Below the pieces are notes generated by a model. That model was not told the origin of the DNA and did no database searches. It was given only the letters and a program-made list of their open reading frames with translations. Positions 35,064 through 47,150 of a stretch of DNA of 64,000 bases are shown in pieces. Origin of the DNA: Anthoceros angustus. Lineage: Eukaryota; Plantae; Anthocerotophyta. Made by a program: the position numbers and the translations under genes. Numbering within the stretch: position 1 is the first letter of the stretch; every line of letters starts with the position of its first letter. The stretch is taken from assembly GCA_010909165.1 (NCBI GenBank), contig MU008176.1, positions 299,114 through 363,113 on the forward strand, written 5' to 3'.

Positions 35064-37446
35064 ATGGCGCAGCTTTCGGTGGAGGAAGCGGCCGTGTATG
35101 GTCACAGTCCCGTGCACTATGCTGTGGCTAGGAGGGACTACAGCGGTCTGCACAGAATTCTCACCGGCTTGCCGCGCCCTGCTAAAGCGGGGGAAGTGGT
35201 GACGGAGTCGGAGTCTATCGCCGCCGAGCAGCGGGCGGAAACCATTTCGGCCGTGGTTGACAGGAGGGATGTGCCGGGCAGGGAAACGCCGTTGCACCTG
35301 GCAGTGAGGCTGGGCGACGCTGTGGCAGTGGAAATGCTGATGACAGCAGGCGCGGATTTTAGTCTGCAGAACGAGAATGGTTGGAGTGCGTTGCAGGAGG
35401 CTGTGTGTGCAAGGGAAGAGGGAATTGCCATGATCATCACTAGGCATTACCAGCCTATGGCTTGGGCTAAGTGGTGTCGCAGGCTCCCCCGTGTGACGGC
35501 CACAATGCGCCGGATGCGGGACTTTTACATGGAACTCACCTTCCACTTTGAGAGCTCTGTCATCCCGTTCATAGGACGGATCGCGCCGTCCGACACGTAT
35601 CGGATTTGGAAGCGAGGCTCCAATCTCCGGGCTGATATGACTCTTGCAGGGTTCGATGGTTTTAGGATCCACAGGTCTGATCAGAGTTTCTTATTCCTAG
35701 GGGATGGTAGCGAGGATGGGAAACTACCCTCTGGCTCTTTGGTGGTTCTCACTCACAAGGAGAAAGAGGTGACCAATGCTTTAGAAGGCGCTGGCATTCA
35801 GCCTTCTGAAGCAGAAATAGCACAGGAAGTGGCTGCTATGTCCCAGACAAATATGTTCAGGCCTGGCATTGATGTGACACAAGCTGAGCTCATTTCGCAT
35901 TTAACTTGGAGGCGCCAGGAGAGGACGGAGATGGTCGGGGCCTGGAAGGCCAAGATTTATGATATGCATCATGTGCAGGTGAGCGTACGATCCAGGCGGG
36001 TTCCAGGTGCCATGACTGACGAGGAACTGTTTGCTACAGAGGGGGAGAGGCCAGATGAATTAGATGAGGACTATGGAGACTTGCTTACGGAGGAGGAGAA
36101 ACGGCAGCTGGAGGTTGCCTTGAAGAGTGAAAATGCTGATTATGATTCTGAGGCTGGCTTTGAGAGTGACAGGCCTGGAACTCGATATGGGGTGTACGAT
36201 GATGAGAGAGGCTTTGATTATGCAGGGAGTGAAAATGGGTATGATCACCGTCCTAGTCCCGAGCAAAATGGTGCAACCACTCCCCTGGGTGGAACTCCGA
36301 GGGGAGGGCCACTCAGTACTAAGGAGGAGAAGAAAGGCTGGTTTGGCTGGGGTAAAAAGAAAGGGGATGGGAAGCGATCATCCTTTTCTAGGGAATCCCC
36401 AAATCGGGACAGGAGTTTTGATTTTGCAGGCACTAGTTCGGATCCTGGTTGGAGAAATCCCTCAAAAAAACCTGGGAAAGAACTCACTCGAAGGTCTGCT
36501 GATCGGAGGCCTTCAAACTTCGGCGCTGAAGATACTTTGGCTATGAGGAAAGCTAAAGAACGGCACTCTAGTTTTACAGCAGAAGAGGCTATGGCTTACA
36601 GAAAGGCTAGGGAAAGAACTTCAAATGTCAGTGCAGATGAGGCTGTTGTCTACAGGAAAGGCAAGGAGAGCAGCAGACGAGCAGCCAAAGAGGCAGGACG
36701 CAGGAAGAAAGGTGCTGGCAGTGAGCCTGGGAGTGAAAGTGAGTACAAGAAGGGATTGAGACCTGTCCTTTGGTTGACACCAGATTTTCCGTTGAAATCT
36801 GAGGAGTTGCTGCCACTGCTGGATATCCTAGCAAACAAGGTGAAAGCAGTTCGGCGCCTTAGAGAACTCCTCACTACTAAGCTCCCAACAGGGACCTTTC
36901 CTGTCAAGGTCAGTATGCGCTTTGTGTCATGCAAAAACAATGGGTGCTTGTTTCTGTTGCTCATTGAATATTAGTTGTGAAAAAATTTTGCCCTGACGAG
37001 AGGGACCACCTTGTTCTGGCCTCGGTTCTCAACCTTGGGTGTTGACCTTGCAGATTGCTATCCCGGTCGTCCCTACGATTAGGCTGTTCGTGACTTTCAC
37101 CAAGTTTGAGGAGTTGCGTCCGTCTGAAGAGTTCTCCACTCCTCTTTCAAGTCCTGGGCACTTTCAAGAATCAAAAACTATCAAGGAGGGGGACATACCG
37201 CCTCCATCTTCAAGCTCTTGGTTTTCATGGATCAGGGGATCTCAACCACAAAGTACCACTGGACCACATGATGATTGTCTTGATGATGAAGTCGATCCTT
37301 TCCTTATTCCCAGTGACTACAAGTGGGTGGATATGGCCGAGAAGAAAAGAAGGCTCAAGGAAAAGAAAGACAAGAAAGCAAAGAAGAGTGGCTCAAAGAA
37401 ATCCCATCGAAGGGACGATGGCCATGAAAGTGATCTTGATGATTAG
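35064..37446 (+). CDS. Ankyrin-repeat protein of the ANKRD13/DUF3424 (GPCR-chaperone domain) plant family; 2 coding exons (35064-36908, 37054-37446)
   Basis: YGHSPVHYAV...RETPLHLAV...QNENGWSALQEAV...WAKWCRRLP...FYMELTFHFESSVIPFI...ADMTLAGFDG, then KKGLRPVLWL..DFPLKSEELLPLLDILANKVKAVRRLRELLTTKLP.GTFPVK|IAIPVVPTIR...FTKFEEL. The intron is GT-AG and in phase. Confidence 0.9.
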
Positions 37447-37970
37447 ATCCACCTGCTATGTCCAGGGGTGATGGGTGTGCATCCGTCTGATGCGCCATGT
37501 CTGCGGTCGGAAGGTAGATATTACCTCCAGTGGGTTCGACCTGTTAACTGCCTTGTCCAGGTGCAGCTCAGGTTGCTCATCAAGTCGTCCTTGTGGGGTA
37601 AATTTAGATGAGATTTGACATCCTGGAGGATTTGAGGATGTCCTCCATTCTCTTATTCCAGTGTCTCACAGCAGGAGAAAAGAGTTAAGCTGTGAAGCTG
37701 CGTTTCAGCTGTATATACCTTCGTCAGCCCATCTTATTGTTCACGTCGTAACTTATCAGTGATATGCTGTGCGTAGAGCAGGATATCCGTTTTTTTTCTC
37801 TTACAATTCGCACGAAGTGCAGGCTAGCCTGTCACTTTGCCCACTGCGAGGGAGAAGATCGTGACTTGTGTAGGTAAAATTTTTTCTGGCGAAGAATGCT
37901 ACCAGGTTCTATCCGGAATTTTCTAGACTCTCACATTCACCTACTAAGCTTGGAATGTGGCACTTCTAGA

Positions 37971-40277
37971 TTAGGCTAGTGGAAACAACTGATCAACGAG
38001 TTCGTTGGCCAGAATGTTGTGAGGGTCAAGCTCTTTGCGAGCCTTACTGAACTCATCAACAGGATATCGCCTTCTCAATCTTTCCCTAAGCAGTTTCAGC
38101 GAATCCTCATCCTCCGGAACCTACGACAGCAGCCAGGGAGCAATTATCCATCGTCAGTTCCAGCACACAGCTTCTCCTTAGACAGGCGCGATGATTCTGT
38201 CAAGTGTCACATACCTCAATTTTGGCCCAATGTTCGTAGGCTCCATATCTGTCCCAGAGGTGCTGCTCTGCAGCTTTGCGGTACTCAAAGAACTTCCTGG
38301 TAATGGCTGCTCTTTGCTGGTCGTCTTCAGTAGGAAGGTAGTTTATGATTCCGACCTACACAGCCACAAGAGCACAGAAATGAGAACGTAAGAGTCGCTA
38401 AGAATAAGGCTGCTTCTTACAAGATCAGTCCAGTCCGCACGCTTACCCAAGAGAAAATGCACTCAGGCACAGCATCCGAAGCAGGACTCATCGAGCTTGA
38501 GCTGCGTGCAGTCCAGCGTTGCTCGATGGGCGCCGGTGCAGGAATGCGGTCCTTCTGAATGAGATGCAGCAGCTCCCTCATGAAGGTCAGGTCTCTCGTG
38601 TCTGGGTGCGTGACGGTGCCAGTGTGGAAGCAGACCTCCGAGACCCACTGCGCTCCACCGCAATCAAACCCCAAGATCTGGTCACTCCAGCCATGCCTAT
38701 ACCCTTCGCTGCGCTTCCAGTACTCCGCCTCTACTCTGTTGATGGACACAATGTGGTCCCTGTTCAGCGGATCCAAAGCAATCAGCTTGTCCCGGAGCTC
38801 CGTGAATGTGAGCTGCTGTAGCTCCTCCTCTGCCAGTTTTTTCACAGGGGTCCTGTTCGAGGCCTCAGGCAAGGACTGGTACTTGGTTGCTGCTTCCCTG
38901 TACAGGTCTCTGGCAGGCTTCAATGCGTCATCGGGTGTATACTTGGACTTGAAGGATGGCAAATCCTTGCCCTCAGGCCAGGGATTACACTGGACGACCA
39001 CCACACAGTCTGTATCAGGGATCCACATGTATCTCAGATGCTTGTTCTCCCTCAGCCATTTCCTGCAAATCACATGGTGTCCACCTTCAGCCTCAAAACC
39101 TATCACTTCCCCGGCTTTCAAAGCCATGGCTTCAACACGTCCTCAGAAGCACTACCACCATCACACATGCTTCTTACGTATGCTTCTTCTTGACGACCTT
39201 TGGGTGTGTCACAAATGTGTACTCCAAAAGACGATGAGCAGGAACACATTGCAGCGTTACTTCAGCAACAACCCCAAGAGTTCCAAGGCCACAGCGAGCC
39301 AGGCGAAACAGATCTGGATCAGACTCAGCAGAAAGGTCCAGCGTTCCCTTCCCTGGCGTCACAAGCTTCAAGCTCAAGACTTGCTCATCCACTGGGGGGA
39401 TATGTGAACCAGTGCCATGGGCACCCACCTGGCAGTATCACAAACAGCAACCCATCACTCCAGTCCAGCCTTCAAGTCGCCAAAGCTGACGATTTTCTTT
39501 CAATCTCAGCCACATTGCTTGGCTTACCTGGATGAAACCTCCAATCTGTTGCTGCCTGATGGAAGCAAAGTTCTGCAAGGTCAGACCATGGGGCCGGAGA
39601 GCATCCACAACGTCTTGCACCTGTGCCCCAGCCTGCACTGTAACAGTCCGCTTCTCAGCATCCACGAGCAAGACCTGGTCCATTTTCTCCAAGTTAACCA
39701 TGCCCTCATTACTCAGCCCGATTCCATTCGGGGAAAGCCCAGTCCCCACAGGCCTCACCCTCTGCTTCTTCCTATGGCAATATTCCACAATGCCCTCCAG
39801 CTGCCGCAAAGTCTGCGGTTGGAAGTAAAATCTGGTAGAAGCTTCGTGCGTGCCACTCCAGTTGATGATTGTCTGCTCCTCGTGCATTGCCTCCTCCTTC
39901 TTTGCGCCATGGAAGGTGTAGTAGGTAAGCAGCCCACTAGCACCTAACAGTCCCCCATAAGCCAAGTACCGCCCCACCGAAGAAGACGGGGCCGCGGCCA
40001 GAGCAGCAGCCGAGGCAAATGTTCTGCATGATCTGAATGATTCAGCTGAAGCCTGTGGGATGCCCCTCAAGCCTCCGCACCTGGACAGGCTCCTGGTCTC
40101 TCCTAACCCTCTGCTGCCTCCTGCTGCCCTGGTTGTGGTGGCCTCGTTGGCAATTCCCCGGACCTGTCTGCTACAATCCGCACTCCAGTTCAGCACTTCT
40201 GGAAGCAAAACTCCAGAGCTCCTGCAAAGCTGAAGAGTACTGAATGCTGCCTTTGTGGCTCCACCCAACTTGCTCAT
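37971..40277 (-). CDS. GLDH: L-galactono-1,4-lactone dehydrogenase, mitochondrial (5 exons: 40277-39528, 39428-39178, 39062-38447, 38355-38215, 38120-37971)
   Basis: Transit-like N-terminus and hydrophobic anchor, then INWSGTHE, RVRPVGTGLSPNG, LQNFASIRQQQIGGFIQ|VGAHGTG, IPAPAPIEQRWT, FSW|VGIINYLP, YEHWAKIE|VP, ARKELDPHNILAN...LFPLA*. Introns are GT-AG and in phase. Confidence 0.95.
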
Positions 40278-40637
40278 GGCTCTTCAGCCTAGAACTCTTG
40301 CCGACTTCCTTGCCTCCGATGTCTCTACTTCGATCAATTCAGCTCCCTTGTCTCAGCAATCACGATCCAAGTGCTCATGCAGACTGCAGAGCAAACTAAT
40401 CGCCCACAAACCAGGTTATACAACCCTAGTTATTCCAATTACAGTAGTTATTCCAATTCTATCTATGTACACCGCCATAACTCTATAACATTCCATCGCA
40501 TCTAGTGTTGGTCTGATGCTAGAATTCGGCCGCAGCAAGGCCTCGCTGTTGCAACGACACTTTCAGACGCATTATGGATTTCGCGCTTCCCATTTGGTTT
40601 GGTTTGAATCAGCGGAAGCAAGCTTGGGGTGGGGGCG
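40278..40637. promoter_or_regulatory. Putative bidirectional promoter between GLDH and the PPR gene (~360 bp between predicted start codons)
   Basis: Inferred from divergent ATGs at 40277 (-) and the predicted 40638 (+). Confidence 0.5.
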
Positions 40638-43419
40638 ATGCTGGCGCCGGGTTACCATCACACTTTGCACTCCGGGACTTCTGCTTTCCTTCGGTTGAAC
40701 AAGGCTGGTCACAGGATCCTTCACATGGGATGCCTGCTACACATGTTCACAGCAACATACCCAGTGCCTGATCTAGTACCGGCCTACAGTGCAGTCCGTG
40801 GCCACGATGAATGTGCTGTTGAAACGTCTGCCAGGTACTGATCCCCTTCTAGCCACTGCATGATGCATTTTTCGCCCTGAAGGTTGATCCAACTAAAGTA
40901 CGTGCCCTGGAGCATGAGGTATGGAGTGTAGAAAGCAGATATGGTTGTGGTGACAATTTATCTTTGGGCTATACAGGGTCTGCAGGGATGAGAGCTCATC
41001 AGAGTCTGCAATCTGGAAGGAGCATTGTGACAAAGGAAGGCTGGATGAGGCCCTCCAAGCAGTGGAGAGTATGTACCAGCGGAGAAGTCGTGTATCCGTA
41101 CAGATGCTGTTCCATTTGCTCAAAAAGAGCATTGAGAAGAAAGATTGGGACGTCGGCAGACGAATACATGCCTTCTCAGTGATGATGGGTTACGACTGCA
41201 ATTCTTTTGTAGCCAACCATATCATTCGCATGTATGCATCCCACGGGAATCTGCTGGAAGCTAGCAAAGTTTTCAAGAAAATACCAGTACCAGACACGTT
41301 CATGTGGGATTCCATCATATTAGCACATGGTGAACATGGGCAGGCGAAGGAGGTCGTGCTTCTGTATAAGAAGATGCGGCAGGCAGATGCCAAGCCCACT
41401 GAGCATGTTCTTGTAGCGGTTCTTAAAGCTTGTGCTAGCACAGGGGATTTGGCGTCTGGGAAGATGGTTCACGCAGATGTCCTTCATAGTAGTCTGTGTT
41501 CACATCTGTCTGTTGCCAATACCCTGGTGGACATGTATGCTAAATGTGGAAGTGTGGCTGAGGCTCGCAGAGTTTTTGACAGGTTGCCGTCCAAGAATGT
41601 AGTGACCTGGAGTGCCATGATTTCTGCCTATGCCCAGCATGGCCAAGGGCATGAAGCCCTTAGTCTCTACGAGAGGATGCAAAATGATGGTATGACAGCA
41701 GCTAACAACGTCACTTTTGTGTCTATCCTTAAAGCTTGTGCTAGGATAGGGGCATTGCAGCAAGGCAAGCAGATTCACGCTCACGTTCTGGAGCAAGGTC
41801 TTGAAGAAGCTTATGTCTCCATGGGTAACACCCTCGTGGACATGTATGCGAAGTGCCAGAGCTTGGAAGATGCTCGCAGCATTTTTGATAGATTGTCAAC
41901 CAAAGATGTGGTGACATGGAATACAATGATTGCTGGATATGCGCAGCACGGGTATGGGCATGAAGCTCTGATGATTTACAGCTTCATGCAGCAGGCCGGC
42001 ACAATACCAGACCAGATCACATTTGTGAGCATTCTGAAAGGATGCAGCAGTGTAGGTGCCGTGCAGGAGGGAGAGAGAATATGTGCACATATTCGAGAAC
42101 TGGGTTTGGACGCAGACCCATTTGTAGCCAGCTCCATGGTTGACATGTATGCCAAGTGTGGGAGTTTTGGGGATGCTCGCACAGTTTTTGACAAGCTTGT
42201 CATCAAGGACGTGGTGGCATGGAATGCCATGATAGCTGGCTACTCTCAGGCAGGGTTTTTCCAACAAGCTCTAGATTTATTTATGAGGATGCGCGATGAG
42301 GGGGTTGCCCCGGACTTAGTGACATATGTAAGCATTCTGAAACTGTTGGCCAGCTCTGGGGCTAGACAGCAGGGTAGGCGGATTCATGTGCAGATCCTTG
42401 AAAGAGGGCTCGAGGCTGACATCCTGATTGGCAACACCTTGGTGTACATGTATGCTGAATTTGGGAGCCTGGTTGAGGCACAGTGTGTGTTTGACAGGTT
42501 GCCAGATAGAGATGTTGCAACATGGACAGCACTGATTCATGGCTATGGCCAGCAGAACGAGTGTCAAATGGCCATCCGCTGTTTCGAGGAGATGCAACAA
42601 CGTGAAGTTGAACCTGATGTGAAGACATTCACATCCCTTCTTGCAGCCTGCAGTCATGTTGGCTTGGTGAATGCAGCTCGGCAGTATTTTAAAGCAATGA
42701 CAGAAATATATGGGATCACTCCCTCCGTTGAGCACTACAACTGCATGGTTGACGTTATGGGCCGTGCAGGCTACTTGTACGATGCAGAACGTTTTCTGCG
42801 AAGCATGCCGGTTAGGCATGACAGTGTGGGTTGGACATCTTTGCTAACTGCGTGCAAAAAGCATGGCAATTTGGAACTTGGAAGGTGCTGCTTCAATCAG
42901 CTTTTGAAACATGAACCTCAACAGGCTGCTAGCTATATGCTCATGTCGAATATGTATGCAGATGCTGGCAGGTGGGAGGAAGCAAACATGATAGACCGTA
43001 TGAGGAAATCTGCTGGTGCTCAAAAGAAGCCTGCAAAGGCAATCATTGAAGTGGAGAAGAGTGTCTATGAATTTGTTGTGGGAGACAAGACGGATGATAT
43101 TTCTTCCAAGCTACGGAGTCTGAATCAAAGGCTGGAGCAGGGAAGCGTTCTTCATCCAGAGTTGGTGCTGCCAGTTGCAGGTAATGAGAGAGAGGATGCT
43201 CTCTGTGGACATGCTGAGAAACTGGCCTTAGCCTTTGGTCTGCTTAATACACCTTCTGGCACACCACTTCTCATCACTAAAAATCTTCGAATGTGCAAGC
43301 ATTGCCATAGCGGTACCAAGATCATCTCCAGGGTTGAACAGCGAGAGATTGTGATCCGAGATGCTCACCGTGTCCATCAGTTTAAAGATGGGGTATGTTC
43401 TTGTGGGGACAATTCTTGA
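40638..43419 (+). CDS. PLS-class PPR protein with E1, E2 and DYW:KP deaminase domain (candidate organellar U-to-C editing factor); predicted exons 40638-40834 and 40977-43419
   Basis: About 13 P/L/S motifs, then P2-L2-S2-E1-E2, KKPAKAIIEV in place of the PG box, HAEKLALAFG, NLRMCKHCH and the terminus CSCGDNS*. The GT(40835)-AG(40976) intron joins an upstream ATG exon in phase; that first exon is less certain than the main ORF. Confidence 0.9.
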
Positions 43420-43629
43420 CATCAGCCTGCTGCCTTGCCCGATGTGGACATCCGGCGAGCCAGGAAGCTGACAGCGTGGGCGTTGTGCAAGGGAATGGTT
43501 GAACATCTATCAACCTGACACACCTTGGGAAGAGGATTAATCGTGTGGCGAAGCATTGGCTGCCCATGCAGAGCACCGGCATGTTTCTGTGGAAGAGCCA
43601 CGTTGAGCAGGAGACGATGGTGGCCCACG

Positions 43630-45104
43630 GGACACATTCTAAATCTATCACGAGCACCCCGGAGCATTTTTTACTGGTTAGTGAAAACCATTTTTTTGGA
43701 GGAAGTCATTACTAGACAGGCCCAGCATTTGCTTGAGGTTCTTTCGGAGCTGGTAATCAGCTGTGCGGGTTTCGCAAGGTCGAATGTCTACTGTGTGGTC
43801 AAATGGAAAGCCAATGGGATCGCGCATCATCTTTGTTGCCCTGCCAACACACGTTTCTGGATGGTCTGCGTAGCGACATCAGGATGTGGTCTCTTTGTAT
43901 GCCTACAACCTCATCCCAACCTCTCTGGAGGGAACCAAGATGTTTTCTTGACTTAGCTCTGAACAAACAGAGGGTGAGCGGCAATTTTGGTAAGCTGTGC
44001 GCCTCTTTGCTGACTGTTGTCAGTCTCCGCAAGACAGGATGGCTGGAGCAGACGTTGCACAGAGTCATCATGGACCGAGTGCCACAGAGAAGGACACTTC
44101 AGATTATTATTTCCCTCGCTGCTCCTCACCATCAAGGGCTCACTGTGGACTTGGTATGCCAGGAGCTGGTCTGGACGCGATGTATCAATTCCGACAACAC
44201 TCAGTCAATCCCGCGGAGGAGAACCTGCAGCCTGTCCCATTGGACCAAGTATGTAGAGGCAACGCAGTTTGTATCCTTCACCAAGGAGCCTACCTTAAAA
44301 TGAAAAGGGCCAATAGCCGTATGAAGGACAACAGCAACAAAAAGCAGAAATTGCTGTAACTGGATCTAGAAGTTCAAGTTCCCGGACAACTGGGTTAACG
44401 TTGCAAGACTGTTCAAGAGTTCGCTTTTGCAGCAGCGCAGTTTCTTTTACACCCATCCTTCACGGCAAAGCTATGGACATACATGAGAACTGGGCACCCT
44501 CGCGAAGACAAAATCCTAACAGGAATGGAGAAACTGAGAGCTGCAAGAAATGAAAGTTGCGCGGAAGGCCAAGAGCTGTCAAAATCTTCACAAGCAATGG
44601 TACACTCAAGCTTGCTTGAGAAACTCCTCATCCCCACGTCTTGGTCAGCAGTCCTCTACATTCTCACAAATGGTGTCTTGTCTCAAAGGCACGATGAACA
44701 TCTAGCGCAGATGCGTCCGCGGAAGTCGGCAATGTATGAGCAAGCTCTCCCTCGCCTTCTCCAAAAATGTGCCTTTTTGCAAAGGCACGATGAATATCTT
44801 GCATCGATGGGTCCGCGGAACGGGGCAATGTATGATCAGGACTTGGATACTCACTTGGCGGTTGCATAGCGACGCTAGTCTCAACTCGTGCCCTTGGTGG
44901 TTGCACAGCAGCGGCAATCTCAACCCGTCCCGTTGGCGGTTGCAGAGAAGGGCTCCATCTCAGCTCGGGGCGGAGGTGGAGCCCTTCTCTGCAACCGGCG
45001 CTTAAGTGGCGGTTGATGCATCACACAACGCAAGTCTCTTCTTCATTACCTTCATTCAACCGTACGCACCCCGTTTAGTTATCACAACTTTGTCATCATG
45101 ATCT
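43630..45104 (-). other. Unidentified segment with degenerate peptide-like repeats; inverted paralog of 9185-13033
   Basis: The minus strand encodes (V/M)QPP repeats about 13 aa apart and two 32-aa HTLPxSADxSxxDxHRAFxxRH repeats. No known family was recognised. Confidence 0.4.
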
Positions 45105-46089
45105 GATTACGGGCAGGCGCAGCTCGGCCTACTTCGAGATTCCGTCATTCTCACGTACCCATTCTCGGATTCGCTCTTGCTTGGGGAAGGGAGCAGGTTG
45201 CTGCAGGTTCGTGGCTTCTGGCTCGTCCCAGTGTCGAGGTATTCCGCATCGCACTTGCAACCTTTTCTATCGCGATGCATTTTCGTCTGGGTCTGGTCCA
45301 ACTTTGGCCTATTCACTGCTTGTAGCTGTGGGGCTTCCTTCGATGACCCCGGGACTCATCTGGCCCGCTGTTCCACTGTCCCGCTAGTGGGCAGCGCATT
45401 GCTACGCATGACGCCATCTGGGATGTCATATTCTTTCTTGGTGGCCAAGGAGGGCAGCTTTTTGCCCTACAGGGAACGTCGAGATACCTTACTCAATGGT
45501 GTGTCTCTCAGGGCTGACCTTTTCTTGACCTGGGGGGACCAGGTTTCTATCGTTGATATGGTTGTAACAGACCCCACCCGAGACAGTGTCGGTGAGCACG
45601 TTATCCTCAACCCCCAGAGTTGGGCGGCGGAAGGCTGCGCGACGGCCAAGGTCCACAAGTACTCTCCTATGCAGAACGGACACACTTTTATCCCTCTTGC
45701 CATCGAGACTCATGGGGCCATGGGTCGGGACTTCTCGAAGTTCCTCAAGGCCTTTGCTAAGGCTTACCACGATTGTAGGAATGAGGTTGGTCTCCCCCTT
45801 TCTTGTATTGTGTCTTTCTTCAAGCAACGGGTGTCCATCACCCTACAGAGGGTGTTGGCAAACATAGTGTACAGGATGGCGACTAACGCAGGGGAGGCGG
45901 CTTCTTCGGCGGCGGTGGTAGGTAGGCCCACGAGATTCTTAGGGCGATAGGCAGTTTTAAGAAAAGCGATCGCGGGAGTTAGTCCCCCTTGGCATGGTGC
46001 CCTTTGTTGGGTTGACCCTTTTTTTTCCGGTGTTGATGGTATTTTTTCCATCTCTTTTCTAACTACATAAATTCTCTCCGTGATATTTG
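45105..46089 (+). mobile_element. 5'-truncated CRE-like LINE (CCHC plus RLE plus 3' UTR), ~985 bp insertion
   Basis: CSCGASFDDPGTHLARC...LRADLFLTWGDQVSIVDMVVTDPT...AKVHKY...FIPLAIETHGAMG...QRVSITLQRVLAN. Both boundaries are defined by the empty site at ~9180-9200. Confidence 0.88.
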
Positions 46090-46224
46090 TAACCAACCCA
46101 TCTCCAACCAACTCAGTAACATGTCACTTTATCAAATAACTTATGTAAAACAAATCCTCTTGCTCAAGCTTAACAAAAAGAAACACCAAGCTCTTTCTCA
46201 CCTCCTCCCCTTGGATTCTTAAGT

Positions 46225-46480
46225 AAAAGGTAGAGACTTTATGTTAAAAGAGATGGGAAATCCCATCTACCCCGAGAAAAAAGGGGAACAACCCAACGAA
46301 GGGTACCATGCCAAGGGGGACTAACCCCCGTGATCACTCATCTCGAAACTACCAACAGCTCCAAGAATTTCGTGGTCAGGGATATGAAAAGGCCTACCTA
46401 CCACAGGGGCCGAAGATGCCGCATTCCCAGCGCTTGTCGCCATCTTGTACACCGTGTTCGCGAACACCCTCTGCATGGCG
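46225..46480 (-). mobile_element. Short 3' fragment of the same CRE-like family, opposite orientation
   Basis: The reverse complement reads TGCAGAGGGTGTTCGCGAAC...GGTAGGTAGGCCTTTTCATATCCCTGACCACGAA...CCATCTCTTTTAACATAAAGTCT, matching the 11260-11500 tail. Confidence 0.8.
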
Positions 46481-46509
46481 AGCGCTTGAGCGCGCGGAAG
46501 GGGGGCGCG

Positions 46510-47150
46510 ATTGCTGGAGGACCAAGTTACTATTTTGGTGTTGGTTTTTTACAGGCGCAATGGCCCTGTTGATGCAGAGGACCCTGGCGCATCAATTGAG
46601 AAGTACTCTTACTTTTATATTAGCGATGACATGGTCCATGACACTCTATTTGTGCAACACTGCTTGCTAAAACAAAGTGGCGTGGATGGATGCGGATTCC
46701 TCAACCTCGAGAACACCGGTGCTTTGGTCGGATGGGGAGCCAATTCAAAGCGTGTCGACCTAGCTACTTTATTGCTCGGTATCCTAGCATCACAGGTGGG
46801 TGCAACATGCTTTGGTCTTATTTTGAAGTGGGCGCGGAAGGGGAGCACGATGGTGCGGTGCCATCTTGAAGGCGTCATGCAGCAGTCGTTCCCCTCACGG
46901 CAGGAATGGAAAATGCTGCAGATGTGGTGGAGTACTGCAAAGAAAACATCTCTCTGGTGCAGCCAGCTCTTATGCAAGTGCTGATCATGCGAGTTCAAGT
47001 TTTTGGCTCATTGGAAAGACAGAGGTAAACCAATAAACAAATTTGGTTGTGACCCCATACCTGGATCCAAGCAAATGCACAGCCTGTATGGTTGTGACAT
47101 GCATGACCCCACGCAATTGCGAATGCGGAGCCTTGCATGTTTCTGTGCAG
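46510..47150 (+). mobile_element. Degenerate fragment of a DD[D/E] transposase (paralog of 51930-52640, inverted)
   Basis: EDQVTILVLVFYRRNG...YFYISDDMVHDTLFVQHCL, plus frameshifted WSDG, MLWSYF..GH.KGEHDG and QLRMRSLACFC. Confidence 0.7.
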
